From the NCBI GenBank assembly GCA_950097015.1, contig CATNEN010000020.1, forward strand, positions 31,025 to 95,024: a stretch of 64,000 bases of DNA, in the 5' to 3' direction. Under the pieces are notes generated by a model. The model was given only the letters and a program-made list of their open reading frames with translations. It ran no database searches and had not been told where the DNA came from. Shown piece after piece: positions 62,001 through 64,000 of the stretch. Source of the stretch: Macrostomum hystrix (lineage: Eukaryota; Animalia; Platyhelminthes). Position numbers and translations under genes: made by a program. Each line of letters starts with the position of its first letter. The first letter of the stretch is position 1.

Positions 62001-63618
62001 CATTCTTGTCTAACACTGAACACTCTTGTCTAACACTGAACACTCTTGTCTAACACTGAAAATACTTGTCTAACACTGAACACTCTTGTCTAATACTGAA
62101 CAATCTTGTCTAACACTGAAGACTCTTGTCTAACACTGAACACTCTTGTCTAACACTGAACACTCTTGTCTAACACTGAACACTCTTGTCTAACAATGAA
62201 CACTCTTGTCTAACACTGAACACTCTTGTCTAACACCGAACACTCTTGTCTAACACTGAACACTCTTGTCTAACACTGAACAATCTTGTCTAACACTGAA
62301 CACTCTTGTCTAACACTGAACACTCTTGTCTAACACTGAACACTCTTGTCTAACACTGAACACTCTTGTCTAACACTGAACACTCTTGTCTAACACTGAA
62401 CACTCTCGTCTAACACTGAACACTCTTGTCTAACAATGAACACTCTTGTCTAACACTGAACACTCTTGTCTAACACTGAACACTCTTGTCTAACACTGAA
62501 CACTCTTGTCTAACACTGAACACTCTTGTCTAACAATGAACACTCTTGTCTAACAATGATCACTCTTGTCTAACACTGAACACTCTTGTCTAACACTGAA
62601 CACTCTTGTCTAACACTGAACAGTCTTGTCTAACACTGAACACTCTTGTCTAACAATGAACACTCTTGTCTAACACTGAACACTCTTGTCTAACACCGAA
62701 CACTCTTGTCTAACACTGAACACTCTTGTCTAACAATGAACACTCTTGTCTAACAATGAACACTCTTGTCTAACACTGAACACTCTTGTCTAACACTGAA
62801 CACTCTCGTCTAACACTGAACACTCTCGTCTAACACTGAACACTCTTGTCTAACAATGAACACTCTTGTCTAACACTGAACACTCTTGTCTAACACTGAA
62901 AATACTTGTCTGATAGTGAACACTCTTGTCTAACACTGAACACTCTTGTCTAACACTGAACACTCTTGTCTTCTTGTCTTCTAGAACCGTTGTCAAACTG
63001 TTTTTGAAATCCGCAGCACTTTACAATAGGATCCACTCTCAATGGTTGTGGCCAATTTTTGCTTGCCATTATTTTCTCAACTGCAGCCCTAACATTTGCA
63101 TTTCCCACAATGCCACCAGAGCAGAGGAACATTGCAGTGACAGCTGAGGGGTGGAGACCGGGGAACAAGAATGGCGAGGAACTTGGGAACAAATGTTTGA
63201 AGGGGCGCACTGATCTCAGCTCTGAGTATAGTTCTCGAAATGCAATTTAATATCTGCTTCAGAACAGAACAATTTTTATGTCAGAAAAAAGTGCTAACAC
63301 TATCCAGAATAATCATTTGACGCTTGAAACTTGCTAACTGTCTGTCTTGTTTTCACGCGACCCAAAATTTATGGAATTTATGTGTAATATTATCTGTTAG
63401 ACAAGGTTGTTCATGTGTTAGAAAAAGTTGTTAATGTGTTAAAAAAGGCTGTTCATGCGTTAGACAAAGTTGGTCATGCGTTAGACAAAGTTGGTCATGC
63501 GTTAGACAAAGTTGCTCATGTGTTAGACAAGCAGATTTGTTTATTAAGCATTTGACACCTGTCACTTACCGTCAGGGTGCTTAACATAAATTTGCACAAC
63601 TAAGTCACCGCGCCACAT
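49077..63618 (-). CDS. NACHT- and WD40-repeat protein (NWD1/NWD2-like STAND ATPase) with putative N-terminal ubiquitin-like domain and polyQ linker, ~2454 aa
   Basis: Phase-consistent exons (minus): 63570-63618, 62988-63143, 61639-61663, 59938-60020, 57797-59770, 57604-57692, 56839-57162, 55544-55688, 54289-54567, 53350-53495, 53123-53257, 49077-53036 = 7365 nt. Motifs VRIFTSSTFTD and VDMRWGVRDE (DUF4062-like N-domain), Walker A GKPGCGKT, Walker B LLVFLDSLEE, WD repeats (LEGH, SSAMDKTIKVWN). The first three exons are less certain (~0.7). Confidence 0.88.
54585..55472. repeat. 10-bp minisatellite (CAGGTGAGT[G/T]) with ~120-bp higher-order units, filling an NWD intron
   Basis: Direct reading; higher-order unit repeated at ~54811, 54931 and 55051. 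Confidence 0.95.
55995..56100 (+). mobile_element. Degenerate SINE family A fragment, preceded by an 11-bp repeat (CTAATGTCCTT x~4-5, 55927-55978)
   Basis: GCTTGGGGCTTGTTGTG...AACCTCCAAGGCACAGTGA...CAGGGCAGATGTACA matches family A. Confidence 0.55.
56230..56515 (+). mobile_element. tRNA-derived SINE, family B (full length)
   Basis: GGGGTTGTAGCCTAGTGGTTAGAGCG...GGTTCGATTCCC head, CORE-like centre, 3' GTGCAATAGCTGCGGCTGCGCTGTCGGCTGCAC, TTATTAT tail. Confidence 0.85.
57205..57548 (-). mobile_element. tRNA-derived SINE, family A (copy 2), occupying most of an NWD intron
   Basis: Aligns by eye with 600-918 and 63804-64000; ends in a (TAT)n tail ~40 nt before the acceptor at 57163. Confidence 0.8.
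60305..61003. repeat. Degenerate ~17-bp minisatellite (AATC[A/C]ATGAGA[C/T]TGATA) in an NWD intron
   Basis: Direct reading; ~40 copies of variable length. Confidence 0.9.
61234..61438. mobile_element. Short MITE of the palindromic-TIR family
   Basis: CACGGAGGTATTTCAAGCACCCAC vs reverse complement of right end ACCAGGGGGTATTTCAAATACCCAC. Confidence 0.65.
61739..62970. repeat. 20-bp minisatellite (AACACTCTTGTCTAACACTG), ~61 copies, in NWD intron 2
   Basis: Direct reading; ends ~17 nt from the exon-2 donor. Confidence 0.97.
63396..63531. repeat. ~6 copies of a 21-bp unit (TGTTAGACAAAGTTGTTCATG), an inverted relative of the 20-bp array, in NWD intron 1
   Basis: Reverse complement of the first unit, CATGAACAACCTTGTCTAACA, vs array unit (C/A)TGAACACTCTTGTCTAACA. 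Confidence 0.85.
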
Positions 63619-63803
63619 TTCACACTGCAGCTAAAATTTATTCCACCATAAATAATTTATAGCGTAGTTAGTCAACGCAATATAATACTCAATTTTTGCC
63701 TTTTAGCTCGTACTTTCAAGAATAGAACAGTCTATGAATGGTCAAACCTGTTACACGGAAGGGTTCCGTTAATTTTAGAACAGATTGTAACCTGTTAGAC
63801 GTA

Positions 63804-64000
63804 GGGGGTCGGTGGCAGAGCGGTTAACGCGTTTGCCTCTCGCACCAAGGTCCCTGAGCTCGATTCCGCGGCGAGGCCACATTCATTTGGGGCGCAGCCG
63901 CGGAGAGAAGGCTTGGGGGCTTGTCGTTCAATTTACGCCCTTGAGGGCCAACCTCCAAGGCACAGTGAGAGTGTACACTGCCTGACGATGAGAAAGTCAG
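63804..64000 (+). mobile_element. tRNA-derived SINE, family A (copy 3, truncated by the window end)
   Basis: GGGGGTCGGTGGCAGAGCGG (A box) ... GAGCTCGATTCC (B-box-like), with body matching copies 1 and 2; ~185 bp upstream of the predicted NWD ATG, divergently oriented. Confidence 0.85.

Noticed and set aside
63059-63250. + strand 63-aa ORF resembling a secreted peptide (LLAIIFSTAALTFAFP...)
   Set aside because: It has no ATG before the hydrophobic stretch and is the antisense shadow of NWD exon 62988-63143, which is better supported by phase-consistent splicing.

Overview
Eukaryotic (metazoan) genomic DNA with GC-rich, CAG-repeat-rich exons and introns filled by large minisatellite arrays. 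The style suggests a free-living flatworm such as Macrostomum, but that is inference. Gene models built by hand from splice sites and reading-frame phase: an intronless atonal-family bHLH (+); a 9-exon AtuA/DUF1446-family protein (+); an intronless orphan rhodopsin-like GPCR (-); mRpL44 (+); an ELAV/Hu protein (+); a divergent MATH-like/BTB protein (-); an unknown highly charged protein (+); a 12-exon, ~2454-aa NACHT-WD40 (NWD1/NWD2-like) gene (-); and a partial low-complexity gene at the left edge. The repeat content includes two tRNA-derived SINE families, several MITEs, a nested Mutator/Tc1-like stack, a decayed LINE, and more than ten minisatellite families that account for nearly all long ORFs in the track. 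Most notable: (1) three small upstream exons missed by the ORF track extend the NWD protein with an apparent ubiquitin-like N-terminal domain followed by a polyQ linker; (2) the frame-symmetric exon encoding the core of that domain is bracketed by inverted copies of one minisatellite, a possible exon-skipping or circRNA switch; (3) the atonal-like gene lies inside a 3.7-kb segment bounded by exact inverted repeats. No CRISPR array, functional tRNA or rRNA is supported.
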